From assembly GCA_001782235.1 (NCBI GenBank), contig MFOC01000002.1:106912-170911 (forward strand): a stretch of DNA of 64,000 nt, in the 5' to 3' direction. This document shows positions 9,360-18,754 of this stretch, one piece after another. The DNA comes from Candidatus Levybacteria bacterium RIFCSPHIGHO2_02_FULL_40_18. Its GTDB lineage: Bacteria; Patescibacteriota; Microgenomatia; Levybacterales; GWA1-39-11. Every line of letters begins with the position of its first letter. Position 1 is the first letter of the stretch. The position numbers were made by a program, and so were the translations under genes. The notes below the pieces were generated by a model. That model saw only the letters and a list, made by a program, of their open reading frames with translations. It was not told where the DNA came from and ran no database searches.

Positions 9360-10524
9360 ATTTTGCTATTACTGAAAAAGCTACTTTCGCAGTATTCTCC
9401 CACCCTATCTCTTTTTCAAATGATTTTATTTTTGAAAGTAAACTCGTATATAGCTTATCATTTTTTAAATATCGAACCATAGCTTTTCCCAGGAGATCTG
9501 GATGATATTTCTCGACCATAATTCCTCTGCTTCCATTTTCAACAACATCTCTAACACCAGGAGCATTGTAGACGGCCGAGGGCGTTCCGCAAACACCGGC
9601 CTCTGCAATAACTATACCCCACCCTTCATGAATTGATGGGAAAATCATTAAATGGGCTCGTGATAAAAGTTTGAATTTTTGGCTTTCGGAGACAAACCCA
9701 AAAAATTTAACAGCCCGCGAAAGCTTATAACCCTTGACCTTATTCTTGATCTTTGCGACATATTCGGGAACACCAGACCCCACAACCCACAAACGACTAT
9801 CCGGAATCGCCTCGTTAATTATTTTAAAAGCCTCGATTGCATCTTCAATTCCCTTCTGCTTATTAATTCTGCTTAAATATATAATTGTTGGAACTTTTTC
9901 TTTGCTAAGTTTATGAAGTCTGTGAGGAACTGTTAATCCCATTGGGAGAACTGTAATATTTTTCTTTTTGAAACCTCGAGAAATTAAATCTTCCATCGTT
10001 GATGACGATATGGCAAGGGTCGGAATTTTTTTATAGAGATTAAAGTAGATTCTCTCGATCAATATTCCAATGTAGGCAAGAGGGGCGGAAAAAACTTGGA
10101 AGAAAAGTTTATCTGCCACTTCGCAGGCAAAGAGAATGGTTTTACGAGGCTCATACAGAGCTGCAAAGAATGGTATCCCATGAACTTCATCTATAATAAC
10201 GTCAACTTTACCGTGCAGATTTTTAAAATAATAAAAGAATGCCAGAAGATGTACGCTCCACCAGCGACCCAATCTGATTATTTTTATTCCATCTATTACT
10301 TCTTGATTCTTAGCTTTGTCAAACCCAGCGCTGATTTGTGTGACGCTATGCCCCCAAGATACCCAAAATTTTGCCATCTCATGTGTTAAAATCTCTGCTC
10401 CTCCCGCTCCAGGATTTTTAATATCGCGCCAATTGAGAATAAGGATTCGAGAAGTTATTTTGCCCATGAAATTCGAGGAGCCTTTCTTGTCTTTGCATAA
10501 TAACGAGTAATTTTCTGTCTCCAA
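9340..10524 (-). CDS. GT4-family glycosyltransferase (GT-B fold)
   Basis: C-terminal EGWGIVIAEAGVCGTPSAVYNAPGVRDVV (EX7E-type motif). Confidence 0.75.
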   Translation of the reverse strand: METENYSLLCKDKKGSSNFMGKITSRILILNWRDIKNPGAGGAEILTHEMAKFWVSWGHSVTQISAGFDKAKNQEVIDGIKIIRLGRWWSVHLLAFFYYFKNLHGKVDVIIDEVHGIPFFAALYEPRKTILFACEVADKLFFQVFSAPLAYIGILIERIYFNLYKKIPTLAISSSTMEDLISRGFKKKNITVLPMGLTVPHRLHKLSKEKVPTIIYLSRINKQKGIEDAIEAFKIINEAIPDSRLWVVGSGVPEYVAKIKNKVKGYKLSRAVKFFGFVSESQKFKLLSRAHLMIFPSIHEGWGIVIAEAGVCGTPSAVYNAPGVRDVVENGSRGIMVEKYHPDLLGKAMVRYLKNDKLYTSLLSKIKSFEKEIGWENTAKVAFSVIAKYENRKS

Positions 10525-11252
10525 AAGACACGCAAAGTATCAAGTAGCATAGCATAAATTATTTCCCAGAAATTTTTAGATGTAATTGTCGAAACTCCGG
10601 TAAATTTGAGCTTAATAGGAGCTTCAAAAATCCTCCTGAATCCTAAAGTATAGGCAACTGCTAAAACCTCAATATCAAATGCAAACTTTTTTTCCCTAAG
10701 CCTTGGGAATACAGAATCAACAACTTTTCTCCTGAAAAACTTAAGTCCAACCTGAGTATCTCTTACTTTAAATCCAAACAAAAGGTGGGTGATAGTCCTG
10801 TAGCCCCATGAAAGAATTTTACGTTCAACTGGATAATTGACCTGAGAAACAGAATGGAGTTTACTTCCAACTATAATATCGGCATTATACCATTCCATGT
10901 GATTTAAGAGCATTATAATTCCGGTTGGATCAATATCCATCCCGGAATCTATAAACCCAATAACATCACCGCGAGCTTTTGAAAATCCGTATCTTATCGC
11001 GAATCCTTTTCCCTTGTTTTTTTCGTAGCCAAAAATATGAACACGCTCGTTTTCAAGCTTTTTTGCGCGATCATATGTTTTGTCTAAAAATCCATCGACT
11101 ATAACGATCATTTCAAATGGTATCTGAACTGTTGATAGCGTTGAAAAAATTCTTTTAATATCTCGCGCTATAGTCCTTTGCTGTTTATATGAGGGAATTA
11201 CAACCGAAAGAAGTTTTATATTCTCAAAGCTTTTATTTATTGCTCGTTGCAT
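10455..11252 (-). CDS. GT2-family glycosyltransferase (DPM1/GtrB-like)
   Basis: VIPSYKQQ...IVIVDGFLDKT...GKGFAIRYG...IDSGMDIDP. The start is probably an internal Met. Confidence 0.7.
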   Translation of the reverse strand: MQRAINKSFENIKLLSVVIPSYKQQRTIARDIKRIFSTLSTVQIPFEMIVIVDGFLDKTYDRAKKLENERVHIFGYEKNKGKGFAIRYGFSKARGDVIGFIDSGMDIDPTGIIMLLNHMEWYNADIIVGSKLHSVSQVNYPVERKILSWGYRTITHLLFGFKVRDTQVGLKFFRRKVVDSVFPRLREKKFAFDIEVLAVAYTLGFRRIFEAPIKLKFTGVSTITSKNFWEIIYAMLLDTLRVFWRQKITRYYAKTRKAPRISWAK

Positions 11253-12507
11253 GCGGATAGTATAGCAAAAGCAAAATTAGAAGTAAAAATGTAACTGTTA
11301 TTGAGATCCAAATAATTTCTGCGATAGTCTTATGAAAGAAAGTTATTAAAATTATTTGAAGAATGGCCGCGCCTCCAACAAAAAATGAAGGGACAGTCCG
11401 ATGTATTGATAAATAGAAATTTGCAAATAGGCTTGAGAGTGATAGCAGGGATACAAATATTCCAAACATTCCAAGCATGTTGGCAATAACTAAATATTTT
11501 GTCCCAAAGAGCAAAAGAACCATAAATTCGGGCGCAAAAAAGAAAACAAGGGTAATAAATCCGGCTATAAGAAGCGTGAAGGAAGTCCCCAGTATCAAAA
11601 GCCTCCTGTAGCTTTCTCCTCTAGCATGGTGTTCTGAGATCATAGGAAAAAGCACCAACACTATGGGGGCGGCTGCAAAATATACAATTTTTCCTAAAAC
11701 CGAAAGAGCAGAATAATATCCTGAATCTGCTCCGGGGAAAAAATGTCTTACCAAAATTACGTCTGTAGTAAATATGGAAATAAGAGAAAGGGATGTAATA
11801 AACGTAGGTAGTGAAAACTTTAGGAGGTCACGGCCGTGAAGATATTTTACGGTACTAGTTAAATGTATTTTAACAATATCTTTTATATAAAAAGCGGAAA
11901 CAACTGACGCGAGAACTATGCTTACTATCACGGCGCCATACGCGCCTTCCACTTTATATCCTAAATAAACGAGGAGTATTGCAGACAATAATTTTACAAG
12001 CGCCTCGATAAAATTAAGCATGCTTAGCTTAAAGAAGGAGGATATTCCCTGAAGCAGGCTTTTGTTCAAGAAATAAAACAGGTTTATAAAAAAACCCAAC
12101 GGAAGAAGAAGAGCCAGTGTTATTGAGGGCAAATGCAAAAACTTTTGAATAAAGGGGGAAATTATTACAAAGATAACGGAAATTAATAAACCAAAAATCA
12201 GAAGAAGTCTAAGAATGTAGTTATAAAGACCGTAGATAGATTCATTTTCCCCTCTCCCTTTATATGAGGCGACATATTTTACAATCACAAGGTTTAAGGT
12301 TAAGGTGGGCACAGAGAGAATATATAGAGCGGATATAATACTTTCAAGGGCTCCATATAGCGATACGCCAAGCATCCGTCCCATGAGCAGATGGTAAAGA
12401 TAATTCCCGACGTTCATAAAACCTAAGCCCAGAAACATCCAGAAAGTAGCTGAGAAAAATTGGTCCTTAGCTATTTTTGAAACTAAATTAGACGTAAGCT
12501 TTCTCAT
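11233..12507 (-). CDS. oligosaccharide flippase (Wzx/MOP superfamily), putative
   Basis: 424 aa, about 12 TM segments, in a polysaccharide locus. Confidence 0.6.
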   Translation of the reverse strand: MRKLTSNLVSKIAKDQFFSATFWMFLGLGFMNVGNYLYHLLMGRMLGVSLYGALESIISALYILSVPTLTLNLVIVKYVASYKGRGENESIYGLYNYILRLLLIFGLLISVIFVIISPFIQKFLHLPSITLALLLPLGFFINLFYFLNKSLLQGISSFFKLSMLNFIEALVKLLSAILLVYLGYKVEGAYGAVIVSIVLASVVSAFYIKDIVKIHLTSTVKYLHGRDLLKFSLPTFITSLSLISIFTTDVILVRHFFPGADSGYYSALSVLGKIVYFAAAPIVLVLFPMISEHHARGESYRRLLILGTSFTLLIAGFITLVFFFAPEFMVLLLFGTKYLVIANMLGMFGIFVSLLSLSSLFANFYLSIHRTVPSFFVGGAAILQIILITFFHKTIAEIIWISITVTFLLLILLLLYYPHATSNK

Positions 12508-13546
12508 ATGCGGCGACTAGATCCTTCATGACTCTATCTAGTGAGAATTTCTTTGATTGTTCGAGCCCTTTTTTTGAAAGCTCGCCGCGAAGTTTTGGTT
12601 CGGCAAATAGTCTTTCAATACCGTCAATAATGCTTTCCTTACTATCCGGATCGATATATAATGCTGCATCGCCTGCTACTTCCGGCAGACTTCCTCCTCG
12701 TGTCGTAATCACGGGACACCCGCAGGTCATTGCCTCAAGAACAGGCAAGCCAAATCCTTCATAAATTGAAGGCATAATAAGCGCAGTAGCAATATTGTAA
12801 AGTTTGACTAAGTCTTCGTCAGGAACAAATCCTAACTGAATAAACTGATCGTCCCCCTCTATAATCTTGAGAACTTTTCGAAGGTCATCGTTCCACGGGT
12901 TATTCGAAATTTCAGTAACCGAACTTGACCATACTTTTCCAACCAGAACCAGTTTATGTCTTGTTTGTTTTAGTGCAGAAATAAGATTCGGGAGATTTTT
13001 ATTCCAAGTCGCATCCCCAACATAGAGCAAAAAATTCTCCGGGAGTGAGAATTTTTTGCGAGTTGCCACCTGCCACGCGCCACCTGCCACGCGCCTGAAT
13101 TGCTCACCTGCAGCAAGATACACTGTTCGAATTTTGTCTTCGGGAATCCCTACAATATCCCTGACATCTTTCCTTGAACAATTTGAATCAGTAATTATTA
13201 AATCAGCTTTTTTAAGACGGGATCTTTGGATTAACCATTTTATCTTTCCTCTTATTCCGGGGGGGAAATGCTCCGGAAAAACTAGGGGAGTTAAATCATG
13301 AACTGTAACAATCGTTTTTGTTAGAGACTTGCTTGCTAAGGTAATAAAGAAGGGATCGAAATACGGATAATGGATTAAATCAACATTTGGCGGGAAGTTT
13401 TTATCTTCTACAAATACATATTCATTTTTTTTATCGAATTTTGGCAGGTTCGTAATTAACATATTTATATATGCCCCCACTCCCCTCACCTTATGAGCGG
13501 AAGTCGAAGCTTTCGAAACAGGGGAAACATGAACAGCTATCTTCAT
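12488..13546 (-). CDS. GT4-family glycosyltransferase
   Basis: MPSIYEGFGLPVLEAMTCGCPVITTRGGSLPEV; contains a 14-nt tandem duplication at 13067-13094. Confidence 0.75.
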   Translation of the reverse strand: MKIAVHVSPVSKASTSAHKVRGVGAYINMLITNLPKFDKKNEYVFVEDKNFPPNVDLIHYPYFDPFFITLASKSLTKTIVTVHDLTPLVFPEHFPPGIRGKIKWLIQRSRLKKADLIITDSNCSRKDVRDIVGIPEDKIRTVYLAAGEQFRRVAGGAWQVATRKKFSLPENFLLYVGDATWNKNLPNLISALKQTRHKLVLVGKVWSSSVTEISNNPWNDDLRKVLKIIEGDDQFIQLGFVPDEDLVKLYNIATALIMPSIYEGFGLPVLEAMTCGCPVITTRGGSLPEVAGDAALYIDPDSKESIIDGIERLFAEPKLRGELSKKGLEQSKKFSLDRVMKDLVAAYEKAYV

Positions 13547-15180
13547 TTCTTAATTATAGCAGTAGTTTTAGCATGAATTAAAACTAGAAGAAGAACTGAA
13601 ATAAGGAAATAAGTGTACGAGAGTTTTTGGATTGGGGTATTATCTAAGAATACGCGAATATTCTTTGCCCCCTTGGGAATTTTAAGCAAAATTCGGCCTT
13701 TATGATTTTCGACTGGAACACTTTCCCCATTAACTTCTGCTGTCCAGCCGGGAAAATAAGCAGTGTTTATTAAGATTTTCGAATCAACTTTTGAATCAAC
13801 AGTAAACGAATAAGATATCGATTTTATTTCACTTATTTTAATATTTCCGGACCCCTCAACTACTTCTATTTTTTCTTTCTTCTTATCAGGAATTCCTAAA
13901 AGCCATTTTGTATTAAATGCATTTCCAGGACTATTTGTCCCATCAGTAAAATTCGCCCGAGTTAAATAGTGCTGATCTGCTCGCTTGTGGTAAAAAGGGG
14001 CCTTTGCATACCTAATCGAAAACCCGATCGAAATTATAATTAAAATTGCTGTGATAATCATCCAAGCCTTCTCTCTTTTCTTAAATAACGAGTCCTGGAC
14101 TAAACTTCCTGCCAAGAATGAAGCAATCAGAATAACGAGACTCAAAAGCCTCCATGGAAATTGAATATAAGCTATACCTGGAATATTTTTCCAAAGCAAG
14201 ACAGAAAAGGGAGTAATGAAAAAGACAGTAATTAGAAATAAGGAATTGAAAAATAATAACGTTCGCTTCTTTTTCGAAACATATAAAACTATCATCGAAC
14301 CAGCAACTGCAATTAGATTGGCAATTCCAATCTGGAATGACATTTGATCCGATTCATTTGTCCCTGAAAATCCATAACCCCATGAAGAGTAGATTAATTT
14401 ATAAAGAACTGGGAAGTGCTGCAATGGCTGAGAAGTCTGAAGACCAATAACGTATTGTGTCTCAAGAAGTGCCGGCAGCCAAAAAGGAGAAGAAAGTCCT
14501 AGTCCAGTAAGACAAATTATAAACGTATTTAAAATTAATGCTTTCTTCTCCTTTGAATTAAGTATTAAGTATGAACTATAAAGTATGAAGAAACTAAAAA
14601 ATATTAGGGCCAAGATGTTATGAGCTAAAATTAAAAGCGCGAGAAAAATTGAAGATAATACAAGGAATATTTTTCGATTTGATTCGTAGTAAGAATAATA
14701 AGACCAAAATAACGCAGGCGCAAGTCCCAAACTCCACACTTCCCCAACTGATCCTCTAACATAAATGTCTAAAAAGTGATAAGGAGAAAATGTATAAAAA
14801 ACTGACGACACAACTGCGCCCCATTCTCCCCAATATTTTTTGGCCCAAAGATACATGAATATAGCGCCAAACAAGGTCGCAGCGGCCATATTGAGCTTAA
14901 AAGAGTCAATGAATCCAAGTCCTGAAGCATGAAAAATAGAAGCTACATAATTCGGCCATGGATAGACATAGTTAAATAATGGTATGCCAAAACCATTGTT
15001 GAAGTCTGGAGCCCACCGGGGATATAAATTACCTCCGGAGATTACTTTATAAAATTGTTGGAAGCGCATCACGTGGTATTCGCCATCATGAGTTGGCGGA
15101 ATCCCAAAGTTTGCAAGATCCAAAACCGCAAAAATCCCAATAAAAATTACTATCGCAATAGGGAATATCTTTTTAACCAT
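13543..15180 (-). CDS. large polytopic membrane protein, HDGxxH...PRW family (PTPS-related/YfhO-superfamily-like)
   Basis: N-terminal THDGEYHV..PRWAPDFNNGFG.PLFNYYYP motif and C-terminal AYFPGWTAEVNG block, shared with 29218, 44941, 61094 and 62802. Confidence 0.5.
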   Translation of the reverse strand: MVKKIFPIAIVIFIGIFAVLDLANFGIPPTHDGEYHVMRFQQFYKVISGGNLYPRWAPDFNNGFGIPLFNYVYPWPNYVASIFHASGLGFIDSFKLNMAAATLFGAIFMYLWAKKYWGEWGAVVSSVFYTFSPYHFLDIYVRGSVGEVWSLGLAPALFWSYYSYYESNRKIFLVLSSIFLALLILAHNILALIFFSFFILYSSYLILNSKEKKALILNTFIICLTGLGLSSPFWLPALLETQYVIGLQTSQPLQHFPVLYKLIYSSWGYGFSGTNESDQMSFQIGIANLIAVAGSMIVLYVSKKKRTLLFFNSLFLITVFFITPFSVLLWKNIPGIAYIQFPWRLLSLVILIASFLAGSLVQDSLFKKREKAWMIITAILIIISIGFSIRYAKAPFYHKRADQHYLTRANFTDGTNSPGNAFNTKWLLGIPDKKKEKIEVVEGSGNIKISEIKSISYSFTVDSKVDSKILINTAYFPGWTAEVNGESVPVENHKGRILLKIPKGAKNIRVFLDNTPIQKLSYTYFLISVLLLVLIHAKTTAIIKK

Positions 15181-16256
15181 GTGTAAATTAAAAATATAAG
15201 AACAGGGGTTATCATGAGTATATTTCGAATTATTGGGGTTAGGCCAAAATAATTGCCTGTCGCCATGTACGGAATGTAGCGAAGCATGAGCCCTAAAGAA
15301 AAGACTAAGACTAAACTCTGCAAAAATTTATTTTTGCGAAGAAATGAAGTAAAAGTTATAAACCATATCGCATACCATGGATAAAGCTCCTCGCGAATGG
15401 GAGACAGAACAAAAATAATAAACATTAGAATTGCCGAATACTTAAATGCTTTTTCTTGGTTTATTTTCTTTCCGAAAATCCTATCTTTTAATAGCCCTAA
15501 ATAAACGGGTGTAAGAAACAGTGTCGCAGGCTTGATAAATACCGAACCAAGAATCGACAAAAACGAAGACATATAATTCTTCTGAAAAAATAGATAAAGG
15601 GACAAAAGCGCAAAGAGTATCATTACAATATCGTTATGACTACTTATTAAAGACTCAATTATAACCAAGGGATTTAATGCAAGGAAGAAGGCGGCGGTTT
15701 TATCGATTCTTCTCATAAGATAAATTGTTCCAATGTAGAATAGTGCAATAAACACCTTAAATGAAAACAGAGTCAAGATGAAACTCCCCAAGCCTAAAAA
15801 GTATGGAATTACAGTTAGTAGAATCCAAAAAGGCCCGTAAAGCGCGGTTTTGTTTGCCGCGCGAGTAAACGCAAGGTATGGATCATTCAACATTTCGATT
15901 GGATAAACAACATAAGGATTCTCCTGATAAAGAAACGTGACTTTGGCAGTAGTTATATAATTGAAGATGTCGAATGTTAAAGCCGCAGGGTAAGCAAAAA
16001 TTGTAGCAAGAACTATGAATAAAATTAATTTATTGAGATTTAGTTTTAGACGGTTAAGATTGGTAAGTAAAAAATAAGAGCAACTAAATAAAACCACGAT
16101 AAGGCTCGAATAAATAATACTCAATAATATCCGTTGATTGAGATATAAACCAGTATATAAGTTCGATAAGTAAGAAAGATTAATGTCGACAAAGGAATAG
16201 GTAAAAATCGAGAATAAAACTAGGGTCAGAATAAAAATAGAGACTACAATATTCAT
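15150..16256 (-). CDS. polytopic membrane protein, function unknown
   Basis: 368 aa and about 10 TM segments; no recognisable motif. Confidence 0.4.
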   Translation of the reverse strand: MNIVVSIFILTLVLFSIFTYSFVDINLSYLSNLYTGLYLNQRILLSIIYSSLIVVLFSCSYFLLTNLNRLKLNLNKLILFIVLATIFAYPAALTFDIFNYITTAKVTFLYQENPYVVYPIEMLNDPYLAFTRAANKTALYGPFWILLTVIPYFLGLGSFILTLFSFKVFIALFYIGTIYLMRRIDKTAAFFLALNPLVIIESLISSHNDIVMILFALLSLYLFFQKNYMSSFLSILGSVFIKPATLFLTPVYLGLLKDRIFGKKINQEKAFKYSAILMFIIFVLSPIREELYPWYAIWFITFTSFLRKNKFLQSLVLVFSLGLMLRYIPYMATGNYFGLTPIIRNILMITPVLIFLIYTWLKRYSLLR

Positions 16257-16777
16257 AGTGCTTCCTGTCTCACCCTGATTGAATTTTCGAATGCCTCCGA
16301 TAGATTGAGGGTTCTACCCTGTTGTTTCTCGGGTCTCCACTTAAAAGTTTGGGGAAGGTTTTGTTTTAACTTCAATAATTCTTCTATATGTTTCTCTGCC
16401 GCTTCTTTTAAAAGCTTTTTTTTATCAGTCGTATTTTTACCATTCTTTTTAGCTGAAAGAATTGCAGGCTCTATCTTTTTAAGATATTTGTCCGATTTTT
16501 GAAGATCCTGAAATGCTAAAAGGTATTGTTTATAATCAAACAAAGTTTTGGCTTCGACTAAATACTTATCCGACTGAGAAAGATTATATTTAAATTGCCC
16601 GAAATCCCCAAAATACCAAAACCGAAGAAGTTCCTCTTGTATTAAATTGAGTTTATAAATAATACTTCCCGGCATTGCCGAAGGATACGGCAAAACATAA
16701 GACGATTCCGCAAATATGTTTCGAGGAAATAATAAAATTAAAAAGGTAAGGAATAAAATTAAATAATATCGAAACAT
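16253..16777 (-). CDS. secreted hypothetical protein
   Basis: N-terminal signal-like segment followed by a Lys/Glu-rich coiled region. Confidence 0.4.
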   Translation of the reverse strand: MFRYYLILFLTFLILLFPRNIFAESSYVLPYPSAMPGSIIYKLNLIQEELLRFWYFGDFGQFKYNLSQSDKYLVEAKTLFDYKQYLLAFQDLQKSDKYLKKIEPAILSAKKNGKNTTDKKKLLKEAAEKHIEELLKLKQNLPQTFKWRPEKQQGRTLNLSEAFENSIRVRQEAL

Positions 16778-16780
16778 TTT

Positions 16781-16864
16781 AGTTTATAAAGTTATAAGGT
16801 TTATAAGGTTTTTAAAGTTTAATTTTACTTTATGAACTTTAAGAACTTTACAAACTTTACGAAC
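16781..16864. repeat. ~84-bp palindromic TAAAGTT-unit element, copy 1 (full)
   Basis: Near-identical to 17841-17924. Arms gtttgtaaagtt.../...aactttacaaac are reverse complements. Confidence 0.8.
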
Positions 16865-17834
16865 TTCGGCTGTGCCACGCCCATGCCGTCCTAACTGTTG
16901 TTTCGAGATCTGAATGCTTTGGTTCGAATCCCAGTTCGGTTTTAATTCTTGTCGGATCTGCAACCAATTGGTCAGGATCCCCCGGTCTTCTTGCTTCTTC
17001 ACGAATTTTAATTTTCTTGCTAGCAACTTTTTCAACCATTTCGATTACTCCTCTATTCGAATGCCCTTCCCCAGTTCCAACATTGTAGTAATATCCACCA
17101 GGATCTTTCTGAACTTTTCCTAGCGCTAAAATATGGGCTTCTATCAGGTCTAGGACATGGATATAATCACGAATGCAGGTTCCGTCGGGAGTATTGTAAT
17201 CGGTTCCGTAAAGTTTGAATTCAGAATTTTTAATTGCCGCGCGAATCGCAAGCGGAATAATGTGAGTCTCGGGATCATGGTTTTCTCCGTTTGATCCATC
17301 AAGAGCCGCGCCTGCTGCATTGAAGTAACGGAGCGCGGCAAAACTTACATCCGGATGCTCTCTCCGTATTGACTCAAGAATTCCTTCCATTGCCAGTTTA
17401 TTTTTCCCATATTCGCTTGTGGGGCTTTTAGGATGGTCCTCAGGAATTGGAATCTTTTGAGGATTACCGTAAACCGCGGCTGAAGATGAAAAAATGAAAT
17501 TTTTGACTCTTCCAATGTTGATTGCAGATTCGAACAAGTTTTGCGAACCTACCACATTATTCTGATAATATTTATCTTTCTCTCTCTCGGATTCTTCGAC
17601 CGAAATATAAGCAGCGAAATGCATTATCGCGTCAAATTTTTCATTACCGAATATTGATTCGAGCGCGTTTCGATCTTTAATATCGCCTTGAACAAATTTT
17701 GCCCGCGAATCTAAAGCATCACGATGTCCACGTTCGAGATTGTCGAAAACCAAAACTTCATACCCTCGATCAATAAGTAATCGAACCATAAATGATCCAA
17801 TATATCCGGCTCCCCCGGTTACTAATATTCTCAT
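16857..17834 (-). CDS. galE: UDP-glucose 4-epimerase
   Basis: MRILVTGGAGYIGS, YxxxK (YGKNK) and a C-terminal AWAWH tail; 325 aa. Confidence 0.8.
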   Translation of the reverse strand: MRILVTGGAGYIGSFMVRLLIDRGYEVLVFDNLERGHRDALDSRAKFVQGDIKDRNALESIFGNEKFDAIMHFAAYISVEESEREKDKYYQNNVVGSQNLFESAINIGRVKNFIFSSSAAVYGNPQKIPIPEDHPKSPTSEYGKNKLAMEGILESIRREHPDVSFAALRYFNAAGAALDGSNGENHDPETHIIPLAIRAAIKNSEFKLYGTDYNTPDGTCIRDYIHVLDLIEAHILALGKVQKDPGGYYYNVGTGEGHSNRGVIEMVEKVASKKIKIREEARRPGDPDQLVADPTRIKTELGFEPKHSDLETTVRTAWAWHSRSS

Positions 17835-17840
17835 ATTTAT

Positions 17841-17924
17841 AGTTTGTAAAGTTGTAAGGTTTATAAGGTTTTTAAAGTTTAATTTTACTTTATGAACTTT
17901 AAGAACTTTACAAACTTTACGAAC
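17841..17924. repeat. ~84-bp palindromic TAAAGTT-unit element, copy 2 (full)
   Basis: Direct repeat of 16781-16864, so the two copies flank galE. Its last nucleotide overlaps the stop of the next gene. Confidence 0.8.
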
Positions 17925-18715
17925 TAAGTCTTACGTTTTAGATACTTAATGTAAGAAACAGGAAATCGTAGAGCCGAAAAAAAAGAAAAGGTAAAGCCCT
18001 GCCATGAGTCCATGAATCCCTTGTGGCGTCCATATGTTGTAAAAAGCCAGTGCGCCGGTTTGACTAATAAATATCCAAATCCATAGCCAAGCTTTAAGAT
18101 AGTATTCTTGTTCTTTAACTCTTCCTCAATTTGAGTAGAAATCAAATTGTTGTATCTTCCCCATTTTTTGACGTATGTCGCAAAATCTTTATAAGGGTAG
18201 TGGAGTAGGGCATTTTTTAAATAACCGACTGCGCCTTCAACTTCTGCTTGTTCGTGTACATCTTTTTGCGGCAAGCGACCTTTTCCTTTTCGGTAGAGTC
18301 GAAGAGTGTAGTCAGGATACTGCCCGCCCTTCATGAGGAAACGCCCTAGGAAAAAATTTCTTCTTGGCATCCAATAGCCATTAATTGGCTCTTGGCTGTT
18401 AGCTGTTGGCTTTTGGTTGATGGCTTCTCGGATTTCGTTAGCGAGTTCGGAAGGGACTACTTCGTCGGCATCAAGCTGCAGAATCCAGTCGCCTGTGCAT
18501 ACATCAATTGCCTTCTGTTTATTAACATGAAAAATGGGGTAATTTTTGCCGACTATTACTCTTGCGCCAAAACTTTTAGCTATCTCAACCGTTTTGTCAG
18601 TCGACTGCCCATCGTAAATCACAATTTCATCAGCAATATCTCGAACAGATTCAAGCGTCCTCGCAAGATTTTCTTCTTCGTTAAAAGTCGCCAACGCTAT
18701 GGATAACTTCGTCAT
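17924..18715 (-). CDS. GT2-family glycosyltransferase, paralog of 41786 and 57774
   Basis: LSIALATFNEEENLARTLESV...DEIVIYDGQSTDKT; contains a six-unit heptamer array at 18375-18416. Confidence 0.7.
   Translation of the reverse strand: MTKLSIALATFNEEENLARTLESVRDIADEIVIYDGQSTDKTVEIAKSFGARVIVGKNYPIFHVNKQKAIDVCTGDWILQLDADEVVPSELANEIREAINQKPTANSQEPINGYWMPRRNFFLGRFLMKGGQYPDYTLRLYRKGKGRLPQKDVHEQAEVEGAVGYLKNALLHYPYKDFATYVKKWGRYNNLISTQIEEELKNKNTILKLGYGFGYLLVKPAHWLFTTYGRHKGFMDSWQGFTFSFFSALRFPVSYIKYLKRKT
18375..18416. repeat. degenerate heptanucleotide tandem array (TTGGCTG-like x6) inside a GT2 coding region
   Basis: Units TTGGCTC, TTGGCTG, TTAGCTG, TTGGCTT, TTGGTTG, ATGGCTT; encodes NQKPTANSQEPING. 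Confidence 0.7.
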
Positions 18716-18754
18716 ACGCTAATTATATCCCACCATGAGTTTGATGCGCAATTC

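Noticed and set aside
16857-16940. Exact tRNA T-loop consensus GGTTCGAATCC (16913-16923) with a partly complementary upstream CGAACTT, suggesting a tRNA
   Set aside because: A proper T-stem and acceptor stem cannot be formed: revcomp of the 3' acceptor candidate ttcggtt (aaccgaa) is absent. The segment lies within the conserved C-terminus of galE, encoding ELGFEPKHS on the minus strand. The match is coincidental.
16784-17035. 83-aa ORF overlapping the galE 3' end and repeat element 1
   Set aside because: Overlaps the conserved galE C-terminus and the palindromic repeat; a repeat-derived open frame.
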